Below are positions 34,518 to 42,789 of a stretch of 42,789 bases of DNA, in pieces (the stretch's first letter is position 1; the number at the start of each line of letters is the position of its first letter). The position numbers were made by a program, and so were the translations under genes. The notes beneath the pieces are model-generated. The model was given only the letters and a program-made list of their open reading frames with translations, did no database searches and was not told where the DNA came from. Source of the DNA: an uncultured Candidatus Bathyarchaeia archaeon (GTDB lineage Archaea > Thermoproteota > Bathyarchaeia > TCS64); NCBI GenBank assembly GCA_964485755.1, contig CAZAKG010000003.1, positions 1 through 42,789 on the forward strand. The letters run 5' to 3'.

Positions 34518-35537
34518 GTGGTAGGTATGACCGTAAAGGTAGCCGTCAGCGGCGTCCCCAGGGGCCTTCAGAACCCTAGGCCAGATGGTAACTGGCTGAC
34601 CGAGGAACACAAGGACAGGATAAGGGGCGTCAGCCGGGAAGTAGAGCTCGTAGAGGTCCCCGTGCAAAAGGTTAGAAGCGCGGGAGGCTTCCAGGTCGTC
34701 CTCGCCGAGGGAGGCAACAGGACCCACTACCCAGGGGAGCTGGACTGGGAGGACTACCAGAGGTTCTTCACGCCGGGCCTCAGGTGGATCCAGCTCTGCA
34801 GCACGGGCTTCAGCGACAACATAACCCCGGAGGTTCTGGACGGCACGGTCACCCTCACCAACTCCCCGGGCCTCCACACGGTGCCCATCGCGGAGAGTGT
34901 GGCGGCCGCCATGCTGAACCACGCCAAGCGCCTGGGGCAGAGACGCGTCGACCAGGCGAACAGGGCGTGGAGGCAGCTTGGGTGCGATGAGCTCCAGGGC
35001 GGCACGGTTCTACTGATAGGCGTGGGCAACATAGGCTCCAGGGTAGCGAGCATCTGTAAGGCCCTGGGCATGAAGGTGATTGGGACGAGGCGCCGCCCCG
35101 AGCCCCTCTACAACGTGGACCTTATCTTCCCCGCATCCGAACTGCGCACCCACTTTGGGGAAGCCGACTACGTGGTCGTCGCCGCCCCCCTCACCCCGGA
35201 GACCGAGAACCTGCTGGGGGAGCCCGAGTTCAGGGCCATGAAGAGCACCGCCTACTTCATCAACGTTGCCAGGGGCAGGATCGTACACGAGCCCAGCCTC
35301 GTGAAGGCGCTGACTGAACACTGGATAGCGGGGGCCTACCTGGACGCCTTCGAGACCGAGCCCCTGCCCAGGGAGAGCCCACTGTGGGCGCTGGACAACG
35401 TGTTCCTGGTCCCCCACGACAGCCACAGCAGCCCCCACATAGGGGACAGGGTCGTGGAGATGTTCGCCGAGAACCTGGAGCGCTACGTGAGGGGTGAGCC
35501 CCTGCTGCACGTCTGCGACCCGCGGCGGGGATACTAG
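34518..35537 (+). CDS. D-isomer-specific 2-hydroxyacid dehydrogenase family (SerA/GyaR-like).
   Basis: 339 aa. LLIGVGNIGSRVA (NAD GxGxxG), INVARGRIV, DAFETEPLP, and VPHDSHSS (catalytic His). Confidence 0.88.
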   Translation: MVGMTVKVAVSGVPRGLQNPRPDGNWLTEEHKDRIRGVSREVELVEVPVQKVRSAGGFQVVLAEGGNRTHYPGELDWEDYQRFFTPGLRWIQLCSTGFSDNITPEVLDGTVTLTNSPGLHTVPIAESVAAAMLNHAKRLGQRRVDQANRAWRQLGCDELQGGTVLLIGVGNIGSRVASICKALGMKVIGTRRRPEPLYNVDLIFPASELRTHFGEADYVVVAAPLTPETENLLGEPEFRAMKSTAYFINVARGRIVHEPSLVKALTEHWIAGAYLDAFETEPLPRESPLWALDNVFLVPHDSHSSPHIGDRVVEMFAENLERYVRGEPLLHVCDPRRGY

Positions 35538-35566
35538 CATTTTTCTAGTGGACCCTAACCATATAC

Positions 35567-36535
35567 TTGTTCAGCGGAGAGCAACGGATGACCAGCCACG
35601 CCATAGTCCACGGCGACGACGCAGACGGCCTCACATGCGGAGCCTTCCTCAAGCGGCTCACGGGCTGCGAGGTCTATCTGGCTAACTACGATAACCTGGA
35701 GAACGCCCTCGCCAAGGTGCAGCCACCCGTGACAAGCCTGACGATATGCGACCTCAACGTCAGGGAAGCCCTGGAATGCGAGCTCATACGCATAAGGGGC
35801 TTCGCCGAGATTACCATAATCGACCACCACCAGATGGACGCTGGCTTCATGGACCGGCTCCGCGAGCTGGGGGTGAAGGTGACCCTGGACACCCGAGACT
35901 GCGCAGCCGTCCTCGTCTACGAGGCACACAAGGAGAAGCTTGGGAGGGACGCGGCCCGCCTCGCCGCCTACGCCGCGATAAGCGATATGTTCGAGGACGG
36001 CCTCATGGCATCCGTGATCCTCGCCAGGATGGACAGGAAGTTCGCCCAGCACGAGGCCCAGATACTCACCCACGCCCTCGGCAAGGACCAGACCCTGGGC
36101 TTCAGGCGCCACGTGATGGAGTGGCTCAGCAGGTACAGCTACCCCCACAGGATACCCGGGGCAGTGGACACCGCCGTCAGGGGCCTGGAGGACATGGCCG
36201 CCATAAAGGAGGCGATACCCTCAGCCGCCACGGTGAGGGGCAGGGTGGCCGTCATGGAGGCCGCGGGCGACCACAGCACGGGGGCCATAGCCAACCTCCT
36301 CATGGACACACTGGGCGTGGACGTTGGGATCAGCTACAAGGCCAACGGCGAGTACGTGAACGTCAGTCTCCGCGGGATGACCGACCTCAATGAGCACCTG
36401 GGCGACATTTCCAAGGCTCTAGGCCACAGGCTCGGTGGCTTCGGCGGAGGCCACCAGAGAGCCAGCGGCGTAAAGCTGCCCAAGGATCAGCTTGAGGCGT
36501 TCATCGACGAGGTGGTCAGGCAGCTCACTCCCTGA
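35567..36535 (+). CDS. DHH-family phosphoesterase (NrnA/RecJ-like fold).
   Basis: 322 aa. VHGDDADGLTCGAF (DxD), IIDHHQ (DHH), and the C-terminal GGGHQRASG (GGGH of DHHA1). Confidence 0.8.
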   Translation: MFSGEQRMTSHAIVHGDDADGLTCGAFLKRLTGCEVYLANYDNLENALAKVQPPVTSLTICDLNVREALECELIRIRGFAEITIIDHHQMDAGFMDRLRELGVKVTLDTRDCAAVLVYEAHKEKLGRDAARLAAYAAISDMFEDGLMASVILARMDRKFAQHEAQILTHALGKDQTLGFRRHVMEWLSRYSYPHRIPGAVDTAVRGLEDMAAIKEAIPSAATVRGRVAVMEAAGDHSTGAIANLLMDTLGVDVGISYKANGEYVNVSLRGMTDLNEHLGDISKALGHRLGGFGGGHQRASGVKLPKDQLEAFIDEVVRQLTP

Positions 36536-36971
36536 CCTTGCGCCTCCACTCGGATTTCCTGCGCATCTTCCTCACCCTATCCTCCAGGGGCTCCAGCCGC
36601 TCGGGGTCGAATGGGGTCCACACCTTCTCATCTGTCTCCGAGTTGCTCAGCTCCCTTGTGAGGCATATGGTCACGGTGCACTCCCTCTCCCCGTGCCCCG
36701 CGTCCTCGCATCTGAGGCAGTTCATGGCCCTAGCCAGCTTGACTAGCCTGACCCTGCTGAAGGGGTCATCCAGGCCGTAGTAGTCAGCGTTGCTGTAGTT
36801 GATCTCCTTCTCCCGCCCCGTGTCGCTGTAAACCACGTACGCCTCACCGTCCAGTCTCCTCTGGACTGGGGCGAATATCCTGCGGTACACCCTCAGGTTT
36901 ATCCGCTGGCCCTCGGCTACGACGACCAGCCTGTTCCCGAGACCCAGACGCTGCACCCCTCGAACGGTCAC
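36525..36971 (-). CDS. Hypothetical Cys4-cluster protein with a basic C-terminal tail.
   Basis: 148 aa with a GTG start that overlaps the rpe stop by 1 nt. It contains CLRC-x9-C-x4-C, and its tail is RVRKMRRKSEWRRKVRE. Confidence 0.5.
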   Translation of the reverse strand: MTVRGVQRLGLGNRLVVVAEGQRINLRVYRRIFAPVQRRLDGEAYVVYSDTGREKEINYSNADYYGLDDPFSRVRLVKLARAMNCLRCEDAGHGERECTVTICLTRELSNSETDEKVWTPFDPERLEPLEDRVRKMRRKSEWRRKVRE

Positions 36972-37606
36972 TAAGTCTCGGCGGCCGCCTCCAGCTCCCT
37001 GTAGGCCCTCAGAGGGTCGGCGCTCTTCATTATGTAGCTCCCCGACGTGAAGAGGTCTACGCCCTTCATCCTGGCCAGCCTCACGGTCTCAGGCACCATC
37101 CCGCCGTCCGCCTCGACCGTGAGGGAGCGGCGCAGGCCCTTGAGCTCCGCAGCCTTGTCCAGGCACTCCGGCAAGAACCTGCCGCCGTAAGCACCCGGGT
37201 TCACAGTCATCACCATCACCCCGTCTAGGTCTCCGATCACCGGCTTCAGCGCGCTGACAGGGGTCTCCGGGTTCAGGGCCAGAAATAGCTTGTTCGGGAG
37301 TCTCTTGAGCTTCCCGACGTCTCCCCTGATGTTGCGCAGAGACTCGGCGTGCACTATGATGGTTTCGGCCTCCCCCTTGAACCGCTCGACGTGGCTCCAT
37401 ACGTCCCTCACCATGAGGTGGGCCTGGTAGTGGGGCCCCTCGGGGAGCCGTGCCTCAAAGTCCAGGGACCTGCTTGGCACGAACTCGCCGTCCATTACGT
37501 CCAGTTGCACCGTGGACGCGAAGCCCGCCACCTTACCTAGGCACTCGTCCAGCTCGCCTTGGTCCGCCGCTATCACCGCCGGGATGATTCGGGCCTGTCT
37601 CTTCAT
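36971..37606 (-). CDS. rpe: Ribulose-phosphate 3-epimerase family.
   Basis: 211 aa. LDVMDGEFVP, AHLMV, MTVNPGAYGGRF, and VEADGG. These are the Rpe TIM-barrel motifs. Confidence 0.82.
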   Translation of the reverse strand: MKRQARIIPAVIAADQGELDECLGKVAGFASTVQLDVMDGEFVPSRSLDFEARLPEGPHYQAHLMVRDVWSHVERFKGEAETIIVHAESLRNIRGDVGKLKRLPNKLFLALNPETPVSALKPVIGDLDGVMVMTVNPGAYGGRFLPECLDKAAELKGLRRSLTVEADGGMVPETVRLARMKGVDLFTSGSYIMKSADPLRAYRELEAAAET

Positions 37607-37889
37607 CTTGGTTCTTGTATGTTTCTCGTGTTATTTTATTTTATGCAGGGCACCATGTTTTTGTTTAGTGAGGCTCCGTAATGTCCCACATATCAGGGAT
37701 GGTAGTGATGTTCCTGTGGCATATTTCTGCGATCCCATCGCTGAACGAATGTGAGACGACTAAATCTTTTTCACTCAAAATATTTTTAAATAAACTAACA
37801 CTAATCATTGTTATATATAGTGGGTACATATATTATACACAAAAAGTATCTAACTATACGCGTCAAAAATAGCAGACAGGTCAGCTTGG

Positions 37890-39842
37890 GTGAAGGGGGA
37901 GCAGATGAAGGGCGACAGGGTGAACCGAGATAAGCCCATCAGGATTCTCCACGTGGACGACGAGGAGAACCAGCTTGAGTTCACTAAGCTCTTCCTCGAG
38001 GAGATCGACAAGGACGTAGTCATCGACTCCACCTCGGACCCCGACGAGGCCGTCCGGCTCGCCTCCAAGAACAGCTACGACTGCATAGTGAGCGACTACA
38101 AGATGCTCAACATGAGCGGCGTTGAGCTGGCTCAGAAGGTCAGGGCGAACAGCAGCGTGCCCTTCATACTCTACACCGGGCAGGGCAGCGAGGAGGTGGC
38201 CCAGTCGGCCTTCGAGGCCGGCGTGGACGACTACCTGAAGAAGGAGTCGGAGCCCAGCCACTACCAGGTCCTGGCCAGGCGGGTCAGGCAGAACGTTGAG
38301 AAGCACAGGGCCGAGCAGCTCTACAGGAAGGTTGTGGACGAGAGCAGGGACGGCATCATCATAGTCACAGGCACCACGATATCCTTCGCCAACCGGGCCG
38401 CCAGCAGGATGATCGGGGGAGGCGAGCCCGGGGACTTCGTGGGGAAGAGCCTCCTGGACTACGTCATAGGCAACGAGAAGGAGGTGCTCAGCCGCCTGTG
38501 CGCCGAAGGGGGCGGCGAGGAGGCGCCCCTGCTGGAGGTGCAGTTCAGGACAGGCAAGGGATCTATAAGGGTCGCCGAGGTCTCGTCCACGCTCATCAAC
38601 TACCTCGGCCAGGAGTCCCACCTATGCTTCTTCAGGGACGTCACACACCGCAAACGGGCGGAGGAGCGGGTGGAGGCGCTCCACCAGCAGGCCGTGAGGC
38701 TGGGCAGCTTGACGGACCTCCGCAGCGTATCCGCGGCGGCCCTCGACATCATGGAGGACGCCTTCGAGTACCAGGCCCTCAGCTTCCAGGTCATGGAGGG
38801 CGACCGCCTCAAGACGATGGACGTCAGGGGGGCCCCCCGCATCAACCTGTCCCTCCCCATGGACGGCCCGGGCATCACCGTGAAGGCCGCCCGCGAGAAG
38901 CACAGCATACTCGTCAATGACGTCAGGGGGTGCAAGGACTTCTTCAGGGGCTCAGTGGACTCCTTGAGTGAGCTGGCCGTGCCCGTTGTCGTCGACGGCG
39001 AGGCGGCGGCCGTGCTCAACGTGGAGAGCCTGGAGCCCAACGACTTCACGGAGGACGACAGGAAGCTCCTTGAGACCCTCAGCTACCATGTGGCGTACGC
39101 CGTGAGCCGCGTGATGGGCAGGAAGCCCGGATCGGAGGCGGAGAAGGCCGTGAGGCTCGACTACGCCCTGGGCCGCCTCGACGACGCCGAGAGGGTGGAC
39201 ACCCTCGTGCAGGGCGACCTCAAGGGCTCGCTGAGGTCCATCAGGAACGCCTCCGGGATACTGCGTGACCGGCCCGAGATGCTGCCCGACCTGGTGACCA
39301 GCATAGACAGGGACGCGGAGCACGCCTCTAAGGTGGCCGACATGATACGCGAGACGGTGGCGGCGTCCATAATGAACGGCAGCTTCTCCGAGGTTAACAC
39401 AGTGGTTAGGTCGGTGCTGGAGCTGGCATACGTGCCCAGGAACATACACGTCAAGTCCGCCCTGAGCGAGGTCAAGCTCATCACGGAGGTCCCAGTCGAG
39501 AAGATGACCCGCCTGCTGGACAACCTTGTGCGGAACGCCGTGGAGTCCATGCCCGACAGCGGAACCCTGGAGGTGAAGGTCGCCGCCCGGCGAGGCCAGG
39601 CCAGGGTGGAGGTGAGGGACACTGGGCCAGGAATCCCGCCTCACGTCATGGACCGCCTCTTCCAGCCCTTCAACACGACTAAGCAGGGCCACAGCGGCCT
39701 GGGCCTGGCCTACGCCAAGAAGACCCTGGAGGACTTCGGCGGCTCAATCGAGGCTAAGACGGGGGAGAAGGGCACGACCATGGTCGTGACTGTCCCCACG
39801 AGAAGCCTTGAAAAAGATTATGGGAACGAAAAAACGGGTTAG
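37890..39842 (+). CDS. Hybrid sensor: receiver (REC) - PAS - GAF - histidine kinase (HATPase_c).
   Basis: 650 aa. REC: ILHVDDEENQ...DCIVSDYKMLNMSG...LYTGQG. A PAS-like segment (...YRKVVDESRDGIIIV...) and a GAF-like segment (...SELAVPVVVDGEAAAVLNVES...) follow. The kinase has N/G boxes (LDNLVRNAVES..., DTGPGIP, GHSGLGLAYAKK). Confidence 0.88.
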   Translation: MKGEQMKGDRVNRDKPIRILHVDDEENQLEFTKLFLEEIDKDVVIDSTSDPDEAVRLASKNSYDCIVSDYKMLNMSGVELAQKVRANSSVPFILYTGQGSEEVAQSAFEAGVDDYLKKESEPSHYQVLARRVRQNVEKHRAEQLYRKVVDESRDGIIIVTGTTISFANRAASRMIGGGEPGDFVGKSLLDYVIGNEKEVLSRLCAEGGGEEAPLLEVQFRTGKGSIRVAEVSSTLINYLGQESHLCFFRDVTHRKRAEERVEALHQQAVRLGSLTDLRSVSAAALDIMEDAFEYQALSFQVMEGDRLKTMDVRGAPRINLSLPMDGPGITVKAAREKHSILVNDVRGCKDFFRGSVDSLSELAVPVVVDGEAAAVLNVESLEPNDFTEDDRKLLETLSYHVAYAVSRVMGRKPGSEAEKAVRLDYALGRLDDAERVDTLVQGDLKGSLRSIRNASGILRDRPEMLPDLVTSIDRDAEHASKVADMIRETVAASIMNGSFSEVNTVVRSVLELAYVPRNIHVKSALSEVKLITEVPVEKMTRLLDNLVRNAVESMPDSGTLEVKVAARRGQARVEVRDTGPGIPPHVMDRLFQPFNTTKQGHSGLGLAYAKKTLEDFGGSIEAKTGEKGTTMVVTVPTRSLEKDYGNEKTG

Positions 39843-40918
39843 TCGACGGCCTTCTGGCTCTTTATCTTTATGACCTTGGGCTTGGCGTGGTTCACCGTCA
39901 CGGTGCTGGCGTCCTGCCTCATCAGGAACGTGCTATCCACTCCGGCCAGCACCACCGTTACCCTGACCTTGCCCTCTAGGTTGGGGTTGATCTTGCTTCC
40001 CCAGACGACGCGGGCGTCCTTGCTGACGCTCTCCAGGACCATCTCGCCGGCCCTGTTGATGTCCTCAAGGGTCATGTCCTCGCCGCCCTCTATGTGGACG
40101 AGGGCCCCCTGGGCCTTGGTCACGTCAGCTACGTCCAGAAGCAGGTTGTCGGTGGCCTTGGTGACTGCGTCCTCAACCTTGGTGCCGCCGTGGCCCTCTC
40201 CGAACCCGACGGCGCAGATGCCTCCGCCCATCATTATGGCCTTGATGTCCGCGAAGTCCAGGTTCATGATGCCCGGGACGCTTAGTGTCTCAGTGATGTT
40301 GTTGATGAAGTCGGTCACACGCTCGTTGGCCACCGCGAAAGCCTCCCTGACGGGGAGCTTCCCGGCCACCTTCCTAAGCCTGTTGTTGTCGATGACCACG
40401 ACGCTGTCGCAGACGTCCACCAGCTGCCTCAGACCCTCCTTGGCCTTGCCTACCCTTGTACCCTCCACGTCGAAGGGTATGGTGACAACGCCTATGGTGA
40501 GGGCCCCCAGCTCGCGGGCGATCCTGGCCACAATCGGGGCCCCGCCTGTGCCCGTGCCGCCGCCCAGTGCGGCCGCCACGAATATGAGGTTGGCGTCACC
40601 CACCGAGTTCTCGATCTCTAGGGCGCTCTCCTCAGCCGCCTTGGCCCCCTGCTCGGAGAAGCCTCCGCAGCCCAGGCCCCCTGTGAGGCCGTAGCCCATG
40701 ATGACCCTCTCATCTGCCTTGCTGGTCGCCAGGTGCTTCGCGTCAGTATTCATAGCAACCGTCCTCGCGCCTATGATCTTCTTGTCCATCCACGTCACGA
40801 TGTTGCTTCCGCCGCCGCCTACGCCGAGTATAGCGATCTTGGGTGTGGCCTCCCTGGCGATGTCCTCGATGCTCTTATCAAGGACTCCCTGAGGGACCAC
40901 TTCTAGTTCAACGGTCAA
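39839..40918 (-). CDS. ftsZ: Cell division GTPase FtsZ.
   Basis: 359 aa. ILGVGGGGSNIV, the tubulin signature GGGTGTGGAPIVA, and NLDFADI. The paralogue (FtsZ1 or FtsZ2) cannot be assigned by eye. Confidence 0.93.
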   Translation of the reverse strand: MTVELEVVPQGVLDKSIEDIAREATPKIAILGVGGGGSNIVTWMDKKIIGARTVAMNTDAKHLATSKADERVIMGYGLTGGLGCGGFSEQGAKAAEESALEIENSVGDANLIFVAAALGGGTGTGGAPIVARIARELGALTIGVVTIPFDVEGTRVGKAKEGLRQLVDVCDSVVVIDNNRLRKVAGKLPVREAFAVANERVTDFINNITETLSVPGIMNLDFADIKAIMMGGGICAVGFGEGHGGTKVEDAVTKATDNLLLDVADVTKAQGALVHIEGGEDMTLEDINRAGEMVLESVSKDARVVWGSKINPNLEGKVRVTVVLAGVDSTFLMRQDASTVTVNHAKPKVIKIKSQKAVD

Positions 40919-40994
40919 GAATATTCACCTTGTTTACCATTCCATCTCTGTGATCTGTATATAGCGATGTGTAGGTGACGACACTCACACACAT

Positions 40995-42593
40995 CTAGCC
41001 TGATAGATGCTTTATGAGCTCCCTGTACTGGGGGTCGAGCTCGATGGCGCGCCTGTAGTGCTCCAGGGACATGTCGGTTAAGCCGTGCCGGGCCAGGTGG
41101 ACGCCGTAGCTGAAGTGGGTCCTGGCGTCGTCGGGCTTCAGCTCCAGGGCCTTCTTGAAGTGCCTGTCCGCTTGGGCGGGTCTGTCCACCTTGGAGAGGA
41201 ACTGGGCGTAGTACAGGTTGGTCTCGTGGTTCTCGGGCTCAGCCTCCAGGGCCGCCCTGTACTCCCTCTCGGCCTCCTGGTCCCTATCCTGGTCCGCCAG
41301 GGTCTTGGCGTAGTACATGTGGGGCTCCGCGGCCTTTGGGGCCAGCTCCACGGCTCTCTTGTAGTACTCCTCGCTCTGGGGCAGTTTGTTCTGGTTGCTG
41401 AGGAATATGGCGTAGACCAGGTTGCATGTGGGTGAGTCTGGGTCGAGGCTCACTGCCTTGATGTAGTGGCTCTCGGCTGTGACGTTGCTGCCGCTGTGGG
41501 TCAGGAGCACAGCGTAGTGGAGGTGGGCCTCGGCGTTCCCCGGCTCAAGCTGTATGGCTCTCCTGAAGTGGTTCTCGGCCTCTCCCGGCTTATCCATCCT
41601 GTAGAGGACTATCCCGTGTCTGATGTGGGTCTCAGCCCTCTCAGGCTCCATGGCCGAGAGCTGCTTGTACTGTTCCTCGGCCTGCCTGAACCTGCCGCTG
41701 TCCACCAGGAACTTGGCGTAGTTCCTGTGCAGCGTGGGCTCCCCGGGGGTCATCTGCAGCGCCTTACTGAAGCATGTGTCGGCCTCTCCGCCCCTGCCCC
41801 GGCTCCACAGGAACAGGGCGTAGTTGTTGTAGGTGTTGGCGTCCCTGTTGTCCAGCTCCAGGGACCGCCTGTAGTGGGTCTCGGCCTCCTCCCACCTCCC
41901 GAAGTCCACAAGTATGTTGGCCATATTGTTGTGGACCGTGGCGTCCTCCTCAGCCCCCAGGGCCACCCTGAATTGTACCTCGGCCTCGTCCAGCCTTTTC
42001 AGGCTGTAGAGGAGGATGCCCAGGTTGTTATGGATCGTGGGGTCACCGGGCTCAGCCTCCAGAGCCAAGCCGTACTGTGCCTCGGCCTCCTCGTACCTCC
42101 TCTGGTCCACCAGCAGCTGGGCGTAGTTCAGGTGGGCGGCGATGTTGTCCTTCTCGTGGCTGAGGGCCCTGCTGAAGTGATACTCGGCCTGCTCGGGCCT
42201 GTTGATCCTGGCGAAGAACTGAGCGTATATCAGGTGGCTCTCAGCCGTGTCGGGCACGACCTTCAGGGTCTTCCTCGGGACCGGCCTCAGCTTCTCTGCC
42301 TCGGCCTGCGCGGCCGGGGGAGCCTCAGGCTCCTTGGCCCTCAGCTTGATCAGTCTCCCGGATGCCGACTCCCTGGCCTCGTCCGTCTGGGACAGGTCAA
42401 TGGCCGCCACGTACAGCTGGGCGGCCTCGGCGTCCTTGTAGCTCTTCCAGAACTTGTCTCCCTTGGCGACGAGGAGCTGCGCGAGTTTGTCGCTCTTTCC
42501 CTCGTTTCTCTGTATCCACTTCACGAGGTGCAGGACGCCTGGCAGGTCGCCGCTGTCAGCCATCTTGCCTAGTAGCTCCTCGTAGTAGCTCAT
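40995..42593 (-). CDS. Tetratricopeptide (TPR) repeat protein.
   Basis: 532 aa. At least 10 consecutive 34-aa units of the type AE.HYR.AL.L.P..A..H.NYA.(L/F)L. Confidence 0.85.
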   Translation of the reverse strand: MSYYEELLGKMADSGDLPGVLHLVKWIQRNEGKSDKLAQLLVAKGDKFWKSYKDAEAAQLYVAAIDLSQTDEARESASGRLIKLRAKEPEAPPAAQAEAEKLRPVPRKTLKVVPDTAESHLIYAQFFARINRPEQAEYHFSRALSHEKDNIAAHLNYAQLLVDQRRYEEAEAQYGLALEAEPGDPTIHNNLGILLYSLKRLDEAEVQFRVALGAEEDATVHNNMANILVDFGRWEEAETHYRRSLELDNRDANTYNNYALFLWSRGRGGEADTCFSKALQMTPGEPTLHRNYAKFLVDSGRFRQAEEQYKQLSAMEPERAETHIRHGIVLYRMDKPGEAENHFRRAIQLEPGNAEAHLHYAVLLTHSGSNVTAESHYIKAVSLDPDSPTCNLVYAIFLSNQNKLPQSEEYYKRAVELAPKAAEPHMYYAKTLADQDRDQEAEREYRAALEAEPENHETNLYYAQFLSKVDRPAQADRHFKKALELKPDDARTHFSYGVHLARHGLTDMSLEHYRRAIELDPQYRELIKHLSG

Positions 42594-42789
42594 GGGTGCG
42601 CCGTCCGCCGGATCAGTTAAGATGAATATGTTTCATGGGTACTAGTCTTTTACGGAGTCTACGCGTCCCAGGAGCGGGTGGCGGCATAACTTCGCTACAG
42701 ATAAACAGTGGAACGAGGTCTTACATGCAAAGCATCTCCTTTGCCGCTACTCACGGGGTTTATTACGTTGAAACCTCACCCTATCCTGT

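Overview
This is a high-GC chromosomal segment, about 60-67% G+C on lines I counted by hand. It is archaeal: it encodes ribosomal protein eL40, a free-standing AlaX-S editing protein, an archaeal-type AsnRS, an M42/TET aminopeptidase, QueT, an MtaB-type methylthiotransferase and FtsZ. Most of the window is ordinary housekeeping or metabolic genes, called by motif recognition on the supplied translations. These include asnS, HtrA, MTA phosphorylase, adenosine deaminase, creatininase-family, rpe, 2-hydroxyacid dehydrogenase, DHH and PHP phosphoesterases, a hybrid REC-PAS-GAF histidine kinase, ftsZ and a TPR protein. There is one tRNA, Arg-CCU, at 26900-26977 on the minus strand. Between about 11.1 kb and 27.5 kb the window is a compositional mosaic and looks accessory. 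(1) An island of about 2.7 kb and roughly 25-37% G+C (13396-16130) carries a divergent HEPN-like / AbiV-like gene pair plus an orphan membrane protein. This is my best candidate for an uncharacterised defence-type module. (2) Two blocks (16140-17898 on the plus strand, 23700-25440 on the minus strand) have sense strands that are strikingly A+C-rich and T-poor. Each contains one copy of a roughly 220-250 bp repeat placed immediately upstream of a start codon, so the two copies form an inverted repeat bracketing about 7.7 kb. (3) A relic copy of the 3' end of the DDAH-family gene flanks an inserted histidine-phosphatase gene. (4) A second AT-rich patch (11650-12330) contains short repeated motifs. 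No integrase, transposase, CRISPR array or rRNA was seen. All family calls are from memory of motifs and are not database-verified.
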